Shown piece after piece: positions 15,138-24,989 of a stretch of DNA of 32,000 bases; position 1 is the first letter of the stretch, and every line of letters begins with the position of its first letter. The translations under genes were made by a program, and so were the position numbers. Source of the stretch: Geotalea uraniireducens Rf4 (GTDB taxonomy: Bacteria > Desulfobacterota > Desulfuromonadia > Geobacterales > Geobacteraceae); NCBI RefSeq assembly GCF_000016745.1, contig NC_009483.1, forward strand, positions 1,230,001-1,262,000. The letters run 5' to 3'. Below the pieces are notes generated by a model. That model saw nothing but the letters and a program-made list of their open reading frames with translations, did no database searches and was not told where the DNA came from.

Positions 15138-15746
15138 ATGAACATCCGAACGATTATTATGACAACCCTGTTGTTCTGTTTGTGCATAACCGGGGCAAAG
15201 CAGGCGCTTGCCTCCGTCACCAACGAGGTGAAGAGCATGGTGGACGAGGTGGTGCGGATCGTTTCCGACAAGGAGATGAAAAAGCCGCAAAACGAACAGA
15301 AGCGGCGCAATGCGCTGAAGAAGGCGATCAGCACGATTTTCGATTATGGCGAGATGACGCAGCGCTCAATGGGGAAGCACTGGAAGGAGCGGAGCCCGGC
15401 GGAGAAGAAGGAGCTTGTCCAACTGTTCGAAACGCTTCTGGAGAACTCTTACGCCGGAAAGATCGAATCGTACAACCAGGAGAAGATCGTCTATCTGAAG
15501 GAAAACGTGGAGAGCGAGTATGCCGATGTGAGATCCAAGGTGATCACTGCCAAGCGCGACGAGTTTTCCCTCGACTACCGTCTCATGAGCAAAGGGGGAC
15601 GGTGGATGGTTTATGATGTGGTTATCGAGGGGGTGAGCCTGGTCTCCAATTACCGGACCCAGTTCAATAACATCATTCAGCGTCAAGGGTACGGGGAGTT
15701 GGTAAAGAAGTTGCGGGTGAAAAGCGAGGAGATCAAGGCTCCATAG
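15138..15746 (+). CDS. mlaC: periplasmic phospholipid-binding protein MlaC (Ttg2D family)
   Basis: Signal peptide MNIRTIIMTTLLFCLCITGAKQALA. Tol_Tol_Ttg2 pattern FDYGEMTQRSMGKHW...YAGKIESY...WMVYDVVIEGVSLVSNYRTQF. RBS GAGGAGG lies 9 nt before ATG 15138. Confidence 0.88.
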   Translation: MNIRTIIMTTLLFCLCITGAKQALASVTNEVKSMVDEVVRIVSDKEMKKPQNEQKRRNALKKAISTIFDYGEMTQRSMGKHWKERSPAEKKELVQLFETLLENSYAGKIESYNQEKIVYLKENVESEYADVRSKVITAKRDEFSLDYRLMSKGGRWMVYDVVIEGVSLVSNYRTQFNNIIQRQGYGELVKKLRVKSEEIKAP

Positions 15747-15773
15747 GCTGGTGGGACGAAGTGGATTGATGAT

Positions 15774-16409
15774 ATGAAAAAACATCGCAACACAGCCCGG
15801 ATCGTCTTGATCTTGCTCTTTGCCTGTTCGTTGCTTGCTGAGGCGCCGTGCAGTGCCGGCCAGGCGGTGAAAGGTGGGCTGGAAAAGGCCACCTTTGCCG
15901 GCGGGTGCTTCTGGTGCATGGAGGCGCCGTTCGATAGGCTTGAGGGGGTGACTTCCGTCACCGCAGGTTACACCGGCGGGCAGAAGAAGAACCCTACCTA
16001 CGAGGAAGTTTCCGCCGGCGGCACCGGCCACGCCGAGTCGGTGCAGATTGTCTACGACCCGGCAAGGATCGGCTACGCAAAGCTCCTCGACGTCTTCTGG
16101 CGCAACATCGACCCGACCGTCCGGGATCGCCAGTTCTGCGATGTGGGGACGCAGTACCGCTCGGCCATCTTCTATCATTCTCCCGAACAGAAAAATCTTG
16201 CCGAAGAGTCGAAACGGTTGCTGGAAAAGACGAAACCGTTCGCAGCGCCGATCGTAACCGAAATTGTGCCGGCTTCCGAGTTCTATCCCGCCGAAGATTA
16301 CCACCAGCATTACTACAAGAAGAATCCGATCCGTTATAAGTTCTACCGTCAGGGGTGCGGCCGCGACCGAAGGCTGAAAGAGCTGTGGGGTGCTGCTGCA
16401 GGGCACTGA
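15774..16409 (+). CDS. msrA: peptide-methionine (S)-S-oxide reductase MsrA with N-terminal signal peptide
   Basis: ATFAGGCFWCMEAPF active-site motif and AGYTGG. It is preceded by MKKHRNTARIVLILLFACSLLAEAPCSAG. Confidence 0.93.
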   Translation: MKKHRNTARIVLILLFACSLLAEAPCSAGQAVKGGLEKATFAGGCFWCMEAPFDRLEGVTSVTAGYTGGQKKNPTYEEVSAGGTGHAESVQIVYDPARIGYAKLLDVFWRNIDPTVRDRQFCDVGTQYRSAIFYHSPEQKNLAEESKRLLEKTKPFAAPIVTEIVPASEFYPAEDYHQHYYKKNPIRYKFYRQGCGRDRRLKELWGAAAGH

Positions 16410-16521
16410 TGGCCGGATTTGTGCAACTTTACCCGTACCATGTCCAAGTTATGCGCAATGGCCGGATATTCCTTTTCTGTGGTCCGGTATGGCGGTTTCT
16501 GGTCGGGACAATCCTTTTTTG

Positions 16522-16551
16522 TTGACAACAGTGCACTGCCGCAAATAAAAT
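16522..16551 (+). promoter_or_regulatory. sigma70-type promoter candidate TTGACA-N18-TAAAAT upstream of leuB
   Basis: TTGACA at 16522-16527 and TAAAAT at 16546-16551. Confidence 0.45.
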
Positions 16552-16594
16552 CAATCAGTTTACGCTTGATTATTTATTCGGGGGGATTTCAGGG

Positions 16595-17683
16595 ATGGCA
16601 AAGGTTTTTAAAGTGGCGGTTCTGCCGGGAGACGGCATCGGGCCGGAGGTTATGGCTGAGGCGCTCCAGGTGCTGGACGCCGTGGAAAAGAAATACGACG
16701 TTAAATTCGAGCGGACCCATGCCAATGTCGGTGGCGCCGGGATCGACAACGAGGGGAAGGCCCTGCCCGAAACCACAGTGAATATCTGCAAGGCGGCCGA
16801 TGCCATTCTGTTCGGCTCGGTGGGCGGCCCCAAGTGGGAAACCCTGCCGCCGGAGGAGCAGCCCGAGCGTGGCGCGCTCTTGCCCCTCAGGAAAATCTTC
16901 GGCCTCTACGCAAACTTAAGGCCGGCCATCATCTTCCCGTCGCTCACCGGCGCCTCGTCCCTGAAGGAGGAGGTCATCGCAGGCGGCTTCAACATCCTGG
17001 TCATCCGTGAACTGACCGGCGGCATCTACTTCTCCCAGCCGAAAGGTATCGAGGGAACGGGCCGCGAGCGGGTCGGCGTGGACACCATGCGTTACAGCGT
17101 GCCGGAAATCGAGCGGATCACCCACGTGGCCTTTCAGGCTGCCCGCAAGCGAGGCAAGAAGGTCTGTTCCATCGACAAGGCCAACGTGCTTTCCAGCTCG
17201 GTGCTCTGGCGTGAGATCGTGACCGGCATAGCGAAGGAGTACCCGGACGTGGAGCTGTCCCACATGTATGTGGACAACGCTGCCATGCAGCTGGTGAAAT
17301 GGCCCAAGCAATTCGACGTCATCCTCTGCGAGAACATGTTCGGCGACATCCTCTCCGACGAGGCGGCCATGCTGACAGGCTCTCTGGGAATGCTCCCCAG
17401 CGCCTCGCTGGCAGAGGGGACCTTCGGCATGTACGAGCCGTCGGGCGGCAGCGCCCCCGATATCGCCGGACAGGGGATCGCCAATCCCATTGCCCAGATT
17501 CTTTCCGCTGGGATGATGCTCCGTTTCTCCTTCGGCATGGTCGAGGCGGCCGACGCCATCGACAACGCAGTGGCGAAGGTGCTTGAGCAGGGTTACCGCA
17601 CCCGCGACATCTACCAGCAGAAGGACGGTGAGAAGCTGGTCAATACGAAAGAGATCGGCGCTGCGATCATCGCCAATCTATAG
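16595..17683 (+). CDS. leuB: 3-isopropylmalate dehydrogenase
   Basis: 362 aa. [13 protein letters not shown]-terminus, [15 protein letters not shown]-type block and [26 protein letters not shown] are LeuB hallmarks. Confidence 0.96.
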   Translation: MAKVFKVAVLPGDGIGPEVMAEALQVLDAVEKKYDVKFERTHANVGGAGIDNEGKALPETTVNICKAADAILFGSVGGPKWETLPPEEQPERGALLPLRKIFGLYANLRPAIIFPSLTGASSLKEEVIAGGFNILVIRELTGGIYFSQPKGIEGTGRERVGVDTMRYSVPEIERITHVAFQAARKRGKKVCSIDKANVLSSSVLWREIVTGIAKEYPDVELSHMYVDNAAMQLVKWPKQFDVILCENMFGDILSDEAAMLTGSLGMLPSASLAEGTFGMYEPSGGSAPDIAGQGIANPIAQILSAGMMLRFSFGMVEAADAIDNAVAKVLEQGYRTRDIYQQKDGEKLVNTKEIGAAIIANL

Positions 17684-17756
17684 GTCTTGTTCAGCGGTAA
17701 TCAAACGCGAAGCGTTTAGTTCATATCAAACCAAACTTCAGAAAAGGAAATAGACT

Positions 17757-18854
17757 ATGAAAGTCGGACTTATCGGTTGGCGTGGCATGGTAGGCTCGGT
17801 TCTTCTTCAGCGCATGCAGGAGGAAAACGATTTTGCGGGCATTGAGCCGGTATTCTTCTCCACCTCCCAGGCGGGCCAGCCTGCCCCCATGAACGCCGGA
17901 ACCCTCAAGGATGCTTCGGATATCGCGGAGCTCAAGAAGCTGGATGTGATTCTCACCTGCCAGGGGGGGGACTACACCAAGGCGATTCACCCCGAACTGC
18001 GCAAGACGGGCTGGCAGGGTTACTGGATCGACGCAGCCAGCACCCTGCGCATGGAGCCGAATGCGGTTATCATCCTCGACCCGGTCAATCGCAATGTCAT
18101 CGATGCCGCCCTGGCCAAGGGTCAGAAGGACTTCATCGGCGGCAACTGTACCGTCAGCCTGATGCTGATGGCCCTTGGCGGACTGTTCCGTGCAGGGCTG
18201 GTGGAATGGATCACCTCCATGACCTACCAGGCGGCAAGCGGCGCCGGCGCACCCAACATGCGCGAACTGCTCAGTCAGATGGGAGTCCTGCACGGCTCGG
18301 TTGCAGAGCTGCTCAAGAACCCCTCGTCGGCGATCCTCGACATCGACCGGCAGGTCACCGCAACTCTGCGGAGCGACGCCTTGCCGACGAAGGAGTTCGG
18401 AGCCCCGTTGGCGGGGAACGTGCTCCCCTGGATCGACCGGGAGGTGGAGGATGGCCAGAGCCGCGAGGAGTGGAAGGGGTACGCCGAGACCAACAAGATC
18501 CTCGGTACGACAACGCCGATCCCGGTGGACGGCATCTGCGTCCGCGTCAGCGCAATGCGCTGCCACAGCCAGGCCCTGACCATCAAGTTGAACAAGGACG
18601 TGCCGATCGCCGACATCGAAAACCTGATCAAAAACGACAACCAGTGGGTCAAATTCGTTCCCAACACCAAGGCTGACTCCCTGGCCAACCTCACCCCGGC
18701 GGCAGTCTCCGGGTCCCTTACGGTGCCCATTGGCCGGGTGCGCAAGATGAAGATGGGGCCGCAGTACCTGTCGGCTTTCACCTGCGGCGACCAGCTCCTC
18801 TGGGGAGCGGCCGAACCTCTGCGCCGCATGCTGCGCGTCCTGCTGGAGAAGTAG
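17757..18854 (+). CDS. asd: aspartate-semialdehyde dehydrogenase, long (E. coli/gammaproteobacterial) type
   Basis: 365 aa. [20 protein letters not shown]..., [16 protein letters not shown] (catalytic Cys), RCHSQA (His) and [16 protein letters not shown] closely follow my recollection of E. coli Asd. Confidence 0.95.
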   Translation: MKVGLIGWRGMVGSVLLQRMQEENDFAGIEPVFFSTSQAGQPAPMNAGTLKDASDIAELKKLDVILTCQGGDYTKAIHPELRKTGWQGYWIDAASTLRMEPNAVIILDPVNRNVIDAALAKGQKDFIGGNCTVSLMLMALGGLFRAGLVEWITSMTYQAASGAGAPNMRELLSQMGVLHGSVAELLKNPSSAILDIDRQVTATLRSDALPTKEFGAPLAGNVLPWIDREVEDGQSREEWKGYAETNKILGTTTPIPVDGICVRVSAMRCHSQALTIKLNKDVPIADIENLIKNDNQWVKFVPNTKADSLANLTPAAVSGSLTVPIGRVRKMKMGPQYLSAFTCGDQLLWGAAEPLRRMLRVLLEK

Positions 18855-18880
18855 GGGCGGACCTGCGTGTTCGCCCTTTT
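18855..18880 (+). terminator. rho-independent terminator candidate directly after asd (long type)
   Basis: GGGCGGA-8 nt loop-TTCGCCC followed by TTTT. It begins within a GTAGGGGCGG motif that overlaps the stop codon. Confidence 0.6.
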
Positions 18881-18928
18881 GGCCGGCAGATAGCTTTTTC
18901 CTACATTATGATTGTTTGTATGAAATGT

Positions 18929-18958
18929 CGCTCCTTTCAAGGGGCGCTTTTCATTTTT
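18929..18958 (+). terminator. second hairpin + T-tract
   Basis: CGCTCC-TTTCAA-GGGGCG followed by CTTTTCATTTTT. Confidence 0.5.
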
Positions 18959-18970
18959 GGCGTTATAATC

Positions 18971-19041
18971 CGTAGGGGCGGGGTTCTCCCGCCCTTTTTG
19001 AAAATGTTGAGTGAATCGGGCGGGGAAACCCCGCCCCTACG
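18971..19041. repeat. GTAGGGGCGGGG ... CCCCGCCCCTAC REP element with internal terminator-like hairpin
   Basis: The outer 13-nt arms (18971-18983 / 19029-19041) are perfectly complementary. The inner hairpins are GGGCGGG-GTTCT-CCCGCCC + TTTTT (18976-18999) and GGGCGGGG-AAA-CCCCGCCC (19018-19036). Confidence 0.75.
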
Positions 19042-19099
19042 CGGTACAAGAAAATCAGGGTTGGCTGTATAGGACGGCCACTGATAGAGGAGTCAAAAG

Positions 19100-20119
19100 A
19101 TGAGCAAGCTATGGAATATAGCAGTAGTAGGGGCGACCGGCGCTGTCGGCAACCAGATGATTGAATGCCTGGAAGAGCGCAACTTTCCGGTCGGGAAAAT
19201 AAAATATCTTGCAAGCGCCCGCAGCGCCGGGGAAGTGATGGAATTCAATGGGAAGCCGGTGCTGGTTGAAGAACTGACCCACGATTCCTTCGAGGGGATC
19301 GATATCGCTCTTTTTTCGGCGGGCGGCGACCGCTCCAGGGAGTTCTGCCCCTCTGCGGCCCGGGCGGGCGCTGTCTGCATCGACAACTCCAGCGCCTGGC
19401 GCATGGACCCGGATGTGCCGTTGGTGGTGCCTGAGGTGAACCCTCACGCCATCGCCCGGTACACCAATAAGGGGATCATTGCCAACCCCAACTGTTCCAC
19501 CATCCAGATGGTGGTGGCACTGAAGCCTCTCCACGACTATGCCGCCATCAAGCGGATCGTGGTGTCCACCTACCAGGCGGTTTCCGGCACAGGAAAGAAG
19601 GCCATCGACGAACTGCGCGTCCAGACCGGCGAGCTGCTCAACGGCCGTCCTGCCAAGTGCGACATTTATCCGCACCGGATCGCCTTCAACTGTCTGCCGC
19701 AGATCGATTCCTTCGAACCCAACGGTTACACCAAGGAAGAGATGAAGATGGTCTTTGAGACGAAAAAGATCATGGAGGCGGAGATCAGGACCACCGCTAC
19801 CACGGTGCGCGTGCCGGTCTTCTATGGCCATTCCGAGTCGGTGAACATCGAAACCGAGAAGAAGATCACCGTGGCCAAGGCTATGGAGCTGTTGAAGCGT
19901 GCGCCGGGAGTAGATGTGGTGGATGACGTGGCCAACGGCGTCTATCCGATGCCGATCGACGCTGCCGGCCAGGACCTGACCCTGGTGGGGCGGATTCGCG
20001 AGGACGACTCCATCGAGAACGGACTCAACCTCTGGGTGGTGGCGGACAACATCCGCAAGGGTGCCGCGACCAATGCGGTGCAGATCGCGGAGATACTGAT
20101 CGAAAAGTATCTCAAATAA
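19100..20119 (+). CDS. asd: aspartate-semialdehyde dehydrogenase, short (Gram-positive/Bacillus) type
   Basis: 339 aa. NIAVVGATGAVGNQM, IDNSSAWRMDPDVPLVVPEVN, IIANPNCSTIQMV (catalytic Cys), VSTYQAVSG, YGHSESV (His) and LWVVADNIRKGAATNAVQIAE follow my recollection of B. subtilis Asd. RBS AGAGGAG. Confidence 0.93.
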   Translation: MSKLWNIAVVGATGAVGNQMIECLEERNFPVGKIKYLASARSAGEVMEFNGKPVLVEELTHDSFEGIDIALFSAGGDRSREFCPSAARAGAVCIDNSSAWRMDPDVPLVVPEVNPHAIARYTNKGIIANPNCSTIQMVVALKPLHDYAAIKRIVVSTYQAVSGTGKKAIDELRVQTGELLNGRPAKCDIYPHRIAFNCLPQIDSFEPNGYTKEEMKMVFETKKIMEAEIRTTATTVRVPVFYGHSESVNIETEKKITVAKAMELLKRAPGVDVVDDVANGVYPMPIDAAGQDLTLVGRIREDDSIENGLNLWVVADNIRKGAATNAVQIAEILIEKYLK

Positions 20120-20157
20120 AACGGTGAGAACAATTTGTCCTTGGAAGCCCCTTTTTC

Positions 20158-20892
20158 ATGCGCCAGATAAAGCTGATAATAGAATACGACGGCACCAATT
20201 ATTCCGGCTGGCAGGTCCAGCCGAACGGCATCACCATCCAGCAACTGATTGAAGCGTCACTGGCAACGATGCTCGGCGAACCGGTCAAGCTTCATTCATC
20301 CGGCAGGACCGATGCCGGTGTTCATGCGCTGGGAATGGTTGCTGCGTTTAAAACGGGGAAACTGCTGCCGTTGCGTGCCTTTTCCGACGGGCTCAATGCT
20401 TTGCTGCCGAACGATATAGCCATCAGGGATGCCGTTGAGGCCCCGCTTTCGTTCAATCCACGCGCTGACGCAAAGAGCAAGCATTACCGTTACACGATAT
20501 ATAACGCCGTTCGCCGCTCGCCACTGGCACGCCTCAGTTCGTGGCATCTGCGCGGGGCACTGGACATTGAGCGTATGCAGGCCGCGGCTTCCCATTTTGT
20601 CGGTGAGCATGATTTTGCCGCTTTCCGCGCCTCCAACTGCGCAGCCAAAACCACGGTGCGCCGTCTTTTCAGCGTATCTGTTGCGAAGGATGGGGAATCT
20701 GTCATTATTGATGTGCACGGATCGGGGTTTCTGAAAAATATGGTGAGGATCATCGCCGGTACGCTCGCAGAGGTAGGACAGGGGAAAAAAAATCCGGATG
20801 CGGTTCCCGGATTACTTGTTTCAGGCGACAGGGCCGCTTCAGGCATTACGGCGCCGCCGCAAGGGCTCTGTCTCGTGGAAGTTTTTTATTGA
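20158..20892 (+). CDS. truA: tRNA pseudouridine(38-40) synthase TruA
   Basis: 244 aa. YDGTNYSGWQVQPN and SSGRTDAGVHALGMV (catalytic Asp) motifs. Confidence 0.95.
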   Translation: MRQIKLIIEYDGTNYSGWQVQPNGITIQQLIEASLATMLGEPVKLHSSGRTDAGVHALGMVAAFKTGKLLPLRAFSDGLNALLPNDIAIRDAVEAPLSFNPRADAKSKHYRYTIYNAVRRSPLARLSSWHLRGALDIERMQAAASHFVGEHDFAAFRASNCAAKTTVRRLFSVSVAKDGESVIIDVHGSGFLKNMVRIIAGTLAEVGQGKKNPDAVPGLLVSGDRAASGITAPPQGLCLVEVFY

Positions 20893-20915
20893 TTACGCCT
20901 GTGAAACTATTTTTC

Positions 20916-20944
20916 TTGACAGCTTATAAGTAATGTATTATTTT
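20916..20944 (+). promoter_or_regulatory. sigma70-type promoter candidate TTGACA-N17-TATTTT upstream of rplM
   Basis: TTGACA at 20916-20921 and TATTTT at 20939-20944. Confidence 0.45.
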
Positions 20945-20998
20945 ACGAACTTTCTGTGAGTCGGTATGTATCAATTTCAGTCAGGTTGTGAGGGTTCG

Positions 20999-21430
20999 AT
21001 GAAGACGACGCAAGTTGCGAAAAAAGATGAAGTGACCAGGGATTGGTATCTGGTCGATGTTGATAATAAGGTCCTCGGCAGGGTTGCTACCGAGATCGCC
21101 AATGTCCTGCGTGGTAAAAACAAGCCTGTTTATACCCCCAGCGTCGATACCGGTGATTTCGTCATCGTGGTTAATGCCGAAAAGATCGCTCTTACCGGCA
21201 ATAAGTCCGCGGACAAGATCTACTACAGTCACTCCGGGTTTCCCGGGGGGCTCAAGGAGATCTCTGCCGGCAAGCTGATGGAGAAAAAGCCCGAAGATAT
21301 CATCAAGAAGGCGGTCAAGGGGATGCTTCCTAAAAATAAACTGGCCCGCCACATGTTGAAAAAACTGAAGATTTACTCGGGAACCGATCATCCCCACAAA
21401 GCACAGCAGCCTAAGGCGCTGAACATATAA
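20999..21430 (+). CDS. rplM: 50S ribosomal protein L13
   Basis: [20 protein letters not shown]... is a typical L13. RBS GTGAGGG lies before ATG 20999; the track start at 20966 is unlikely. Confidence 0.95.
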   Translation: MKTTQVAKKDEVTRDWYLVDVDNKVLGRVATEIANVLRGKNKPVYTPSVDTGDFVIVVNAEKIALTGNKSADKIYYSHSGFPGGLKEISAGKLMEKKPEDIIKKAVKGMLPKNKLARHMLKKLKIYSGTDHPHKAQQPKALNI

Positions 21431-21464
21431 CTTTAGATTTTCAATTAGATCAGGAGATAGAAAA

Positions 21465-21857
21465 ATGGCAGCAGCGAGCTTTTACGGAACAGGGAAAAGA
21501 AAATCCTCGATTGCCAGGGTCTGGCTGAAGCCCGGAACAGGCGTTATCACGGTAAATCACAAGACTCTTGATGAGTATTTTGGCAGGGAAACCTCCAAAA
21601 TGGTCGTCAAGCAGCCGCTTGAACTCACCGAGAATATGGGCAAGTTTGATATTTACGTGACCGTATGCGGTGGAGGGGATTCCGGACAGGCCGGCGCAAT
21701 TAAGCACGGCATTACCAAGGCTTTGCTTGAAGTGGATGCTGCTTTGCGCGGCACCCTGAAAAAAGCCGGGTTTGTTACCCGTGATTCGCGCATCAAGGAA
21801 CGGAAAAAGTACGGCAAAAAGGCTGCCCGCGCCAGCTTCCAGTTCTCCAAGCGTTAA
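21465..21857 (+). CDS. rpsI: 30S ribosomal protein S9
   Basis: 130 aa with [14 protein letters not shown] and a C-terminal ...[17 protein letters not shown]. Confidence 0.96.
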   Translation: MAAASFYGTGKRKSSIARVWLKPGTGVITVNHKTLDEYFGRETSKMVVKQPLELTENMGKFDIYVTVCGGGDSGQAGAIKHGITKALLEVDAALRGTLKKAGFVTRDSRIKERKKYGKKAARASFQFSKR

Positions 21858-21896
21858 TCGTCTTGCTGAAAACAGTGGGCAGTATGGTTATATGGA

Positions 21897-21925
21897 GGGG
21901 AAATCCGCAAGGGTTTCCCCTTTTT
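21897..21925 (+). terminator. rho-independent terminator after rpsI
   Basis: GGGGAAATCC-GCAA-GGGTTTCCCC (10-bp stem with one G:U, GNRA loop) followed by TTTTT. Confidence 0.8.
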
Positions 21926-21999
21926 GCATTCGGATTTTGAATATTTGCCACTGGAGCACGGGATCTTGAGCAATTGAAAGTGGTTGTAAGGAGCTGTCT

Positions 22000-23040
22000 A
22001 TGTTGAAAGTCGCTATCGTCGGTGCAAGCGGTTATACGGGCGTTGAGCTGTTGCGCCTACTTCACTGTCACCCGGAGGTTGCCATTACCTGCGTGACGTC
22101 TGAGCAAAGCGCGGGTAAAGCCATTTCGGAGGTATTTCCCACCTTGCGAAGCCGTTACAACCTTGTTCTGGAGAATCTCGAACCGGTAAGGATTGCCGAT
22201 CGGGCTGATTTCATCTTCACCGCCCTTCCTCACAAGGCTGCCATGGAGGTCGTGCCGACTTTTCTCAAACTCGGGAAACGGGTAGTGGACCTTTCAGCCG
22301 ATTACCGGTTGCGGGATGCCAAAGAGTACGAGGCGTGGTACGAACCGCACATGAACCCGACGCTCCTGGAGCAGTCGGTTTACGGCCTGCCGGAGCTGCG
22401 GCGGGAAAAGATAGCCGGGGCGGATCTTGTGGCGAATCCCGGTTGTTACCCGACCAGCGTGATATTGGGGCTTGCGCCGTTACTGAAAAAGAAACTCATT
22501 GATCCTGCGACGATAATAGCCGACTCCAAGTCCGGCGTCAGCGGCGCAGGGCGGAGCGCCAAGGTGGACAACCTGTACTGTGAGGTGAACGACGGTTTCA
22601 AGGCCTATGGCGTCGGTGGCGCGCACCGGCACATCCCGGAGATCGAACAGGAGTTGTCTCTTCTGGCAGGAAAGCAGTTGAAGATTTCCTTCACCCCCCA
22701 TCTGGTGCCGATGGATCGCGGTATTCTCTCCACCATCTATGCAACGCCGACAGGTGCGGTTTCCTCCGCCGAACTGCTGGAGCTGTACCGGGCGTATTAT
22801 CAGGGAGAGGCGTTTGTGAGGATATTGCCGGAAGGGAGTTTTCCCTCTACTTCCCATGTACGCGGCTCCAATTTCTGCGATATCGGCCTTGCGGTTGACA
22901 ACAGAACCGGCAGGGTTGTGGTTGTTTCTGCCATCGACAACCTGATAAAGGGGGCTTCCGGTCAGGCGGTACAGAATATGAACATCATGAACGGCTTCCC
23001 TGAAAATCTTGGCTTGGAAGCGTTAGCATTGTTTCCGTAG
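22000..23040 (+). CDS. argC: N-acetyl-gamma-glutamyl-phosphate reductase
   Basis: 346 aa. [19 protein letters not shown]-terminus and NPGCYPTS active-site Cys motif. Confidence 0.95.
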
Positions 23041-23076
23041 TTTCTGGCTGTGCAGGTAATAAAGGAATTGTCTTAA

Positions 23077-24894
23077 ATGTCTTTTCTCCCCATCACCCGG
23101 GCGGAGGCGCTCACGCACGGCTGGGACGAACTGGATGTAATCTTCGTCACCGGCGATGCCTATGTCGACCATCCGTCGTTCGGGGTGCCGCTTCTGGCGC
23201 GCTGGCTTGAGTTTCACGGCTTCAGGGTCGGGATCATTCCTCAGCCGGATTGGCGTTCAAAGGATGCCTTTACCGCCTTGGGCCGGCCGCGCCACTTTTT
23301 CGCCGTTTCCGCCGGGGCAATGGATTCCATGGTTGCCCACTACACCCCGGCCAGGAAGCTTCGTCGCGATGACGCTTATACGCCGGGCAACCGTCACGGC
23401 GGCCGTCCCAACCGTGCCACCATAGTCTACACCTCGCGGCTGAAGGAGGCCTATCGGGATGTGCCGGTAGTGATCGGCGGCATCGAGGCGAGCTTACGCC
23501 GCTTTGCCCACTACGACTTCTGGGAGGACAAGGTGCGCCGCTCCATCCTTTTCGATGCCAAGGCCGACCTGCTTGTGTACGGCATGGGGGAGACCCCGCT
23601 TCTGGAGTTGGCGGCGAGGCTGCGCAAGGGAGAGGATTTTAAGGCGATTACGGATATCCGCGGGACGGCTCATGTCGGTAAGGACATTCCCGAAGGCGGC
23701 ACTTCCATGCTGGAGATACCATCCTTTAAAGAGGTGTTGACAGATCGGCACAAATACAACGAGGCCTTCCGTCTCGTTTCCATGGAGCAGAACTCCCGCT
23801 GCGCCAGGACCAGCGTGCAGAAACAGGGCGAACGTTACCTTGTGTGCAATCCACCGGCCTTTCCGATTTCGGAGCAGACGATGGATATCATTTACGCCCT
23901 TCCTTTCGTCAAGGCGCCTCATCCGTCCTATACGGAACAGATTCCCGCTCATGAGCAGATCAAGGCTTCCATAACCACCCACCGGGGCTGTTTCGGCGGC
24001 TGTGCCTTCTGTGCCATCACCTATCACCAGGGGAAGACCATTCAGTCGCGCAGCGAGTCCTCGGTTCTGCTGGAAATCAAGAAACTCCTGGAGCAGAAGT
24101 GGTTCAAGGGGAGCATCAGCGATATTGGCGGACCGACAGCCAACATGTATGGCCTCAAATGCAGCGATTCAAAGGCGGAAGCATCCTGCCGCCGGGGGAG
24201 CTGCCTCTACCCGCGGCCGTGCAGGAACCTGGATATGTCCGACAAGCGGGTTGCCGCACTCCTCAGCAAGGTAAGGAAGACTTCAGGGGTGAAGCATTCG
24301 GCGGTTTCATCGGGGGTCCGCTATGACCTCTTGAAGCATCAGGACGCTTATCTGAAAGAATTGCTGGGGTACCATGTGGGGGGGCTTCTGAAGGTTGCCC
24401 CGGAGCATATTGCGGAACGGGTTACCGATCTCATGCGCAAACCGGGTAGGAGGGATTTCGAGCAGTTCCTCGCCCAGTTCAGGAAGGAGAGCGCTGCGCT
24501 CGGGAAAAAACAGCATGTTGTCCCCTATTTCATATCCGGTCATCCCGGCACAACCCTGTCGGATATGGTCGACCTGGCCCTGTTTCTCAAGCGAAGTGGT
24601 CTCAGGGTTGAGCAGGTGCAGGATTTCACGCCGACACCAGGTACGCTTTCCACCTGCATCTATTACACCGGGATTGACCCGTTTTCAGGGAATGAGGTAT
24701 ATGTGCCGCGCAGCGACAAGGAGAAACGATTGCAAAAATCGCTACTCCTTTCGCATCTTGCCGAGGAACGAAGCAATATTATGCGGGCATTGCAGGTGTG
24801 CAGCCGTAAAACCGCGGCAGGAGAGCTTTTGGATGGCAAACATGAAGCAATTCCGGCCCCGGCGGTTCATGGCAGCAGGAAAAAAACCAGGTAA
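23077..24894 (+). CDS. ygiQ: YgiQ-family radical SAM protein (UPF0313)
   Basis: 605 aa. [20 protein letters not shown] and [13 protein letters not shown] (CxxxCxxC) are collinear with my recollection of E. coli YgiQ. Confidence 0.9.
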   Translation: MSFLPITRAEALTHGWDELDVIFVTGDAYVDHPSFGVPLLARWLEFHGFRVGIIPQPDWRSKDAFTALGRPRHFFAVSAGAMDSMVAHYTPARKLRRDDAYTPGNRHGGRPNRATIVYTSRLKEAYRDVPVVIGGIEASLRRFAHYDFWEDKVRRSILFDAKADLLVYGMGETPLLELAARLRKGEDFKAITDIRGTAHVGKDIPEGGTSMLEIPSFKEVLTDRHKYNEAFRLVSMEQNSRCARTSVQKQGERYLVCNPPAFPISEQTMDIIYALPFVKAPHPSYTEQIPAHEQIKASITTHRGCFGGCAFCAITYHQGKTIQSRSESSVLLEIKKLLEQKWFKGSISDIGGPTANMYGLKCSDSKAEASCRRGSCLYPRPCRNLDMSDKRVAALLSKVRKTSGVKHSAVSSGVRYDLLKHQDAYLKELLGYHVGGLLKVAPEHIAERVTDLMRKPGRRDFEQFLAQFRKESAALGKKQHVVPYFISGHPGTTLSDMVDLALFLKRSGLRVEQVQDFTPTPGTLSTCIYYTGIDPFSGNEVYVPRSDKEKRLQKSLLLSHLAEERSNIMRALQVCSRKTAAGELLDGKHEAIPAPAVHGSRKKTR

Positions 24895-24930
24895 AATATC
24901 GCCGACAAAAATTTATTTATCAAAAAAACG

Positions 24931-24959
24931 TTGACAGCTGTTTGAAATTGATTTATAGA
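24931..24959 (+). promoter_or_regulatory. tRNA/tuf operon promoter P1 candidate TTGACA-N17-TATAGA with A/T-rich upstream (UP-like) tract
   Basis: TTGACA at 24931-24936 and TATAGA at 24954-24959, preceded by AAAAATTTATTTATCAAAAAAA. Confidence 0.55.
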
Positions 24960-24989
24960 AGGAACTTCGCTTTTTCAATATAAAGCTTC

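Noticed and set aside
19100-20119. Second asd as a USG-1 homolog (because E. coli usg sits upstream of truA)
   Set aside because: The catalytic Cys (NPNCST) and His (GHSES) are retained. The sequence tracks Bacillus-type Asd along its full length as I recall it. The function is therefore called Asd, and the usg analogy is kept only as context.
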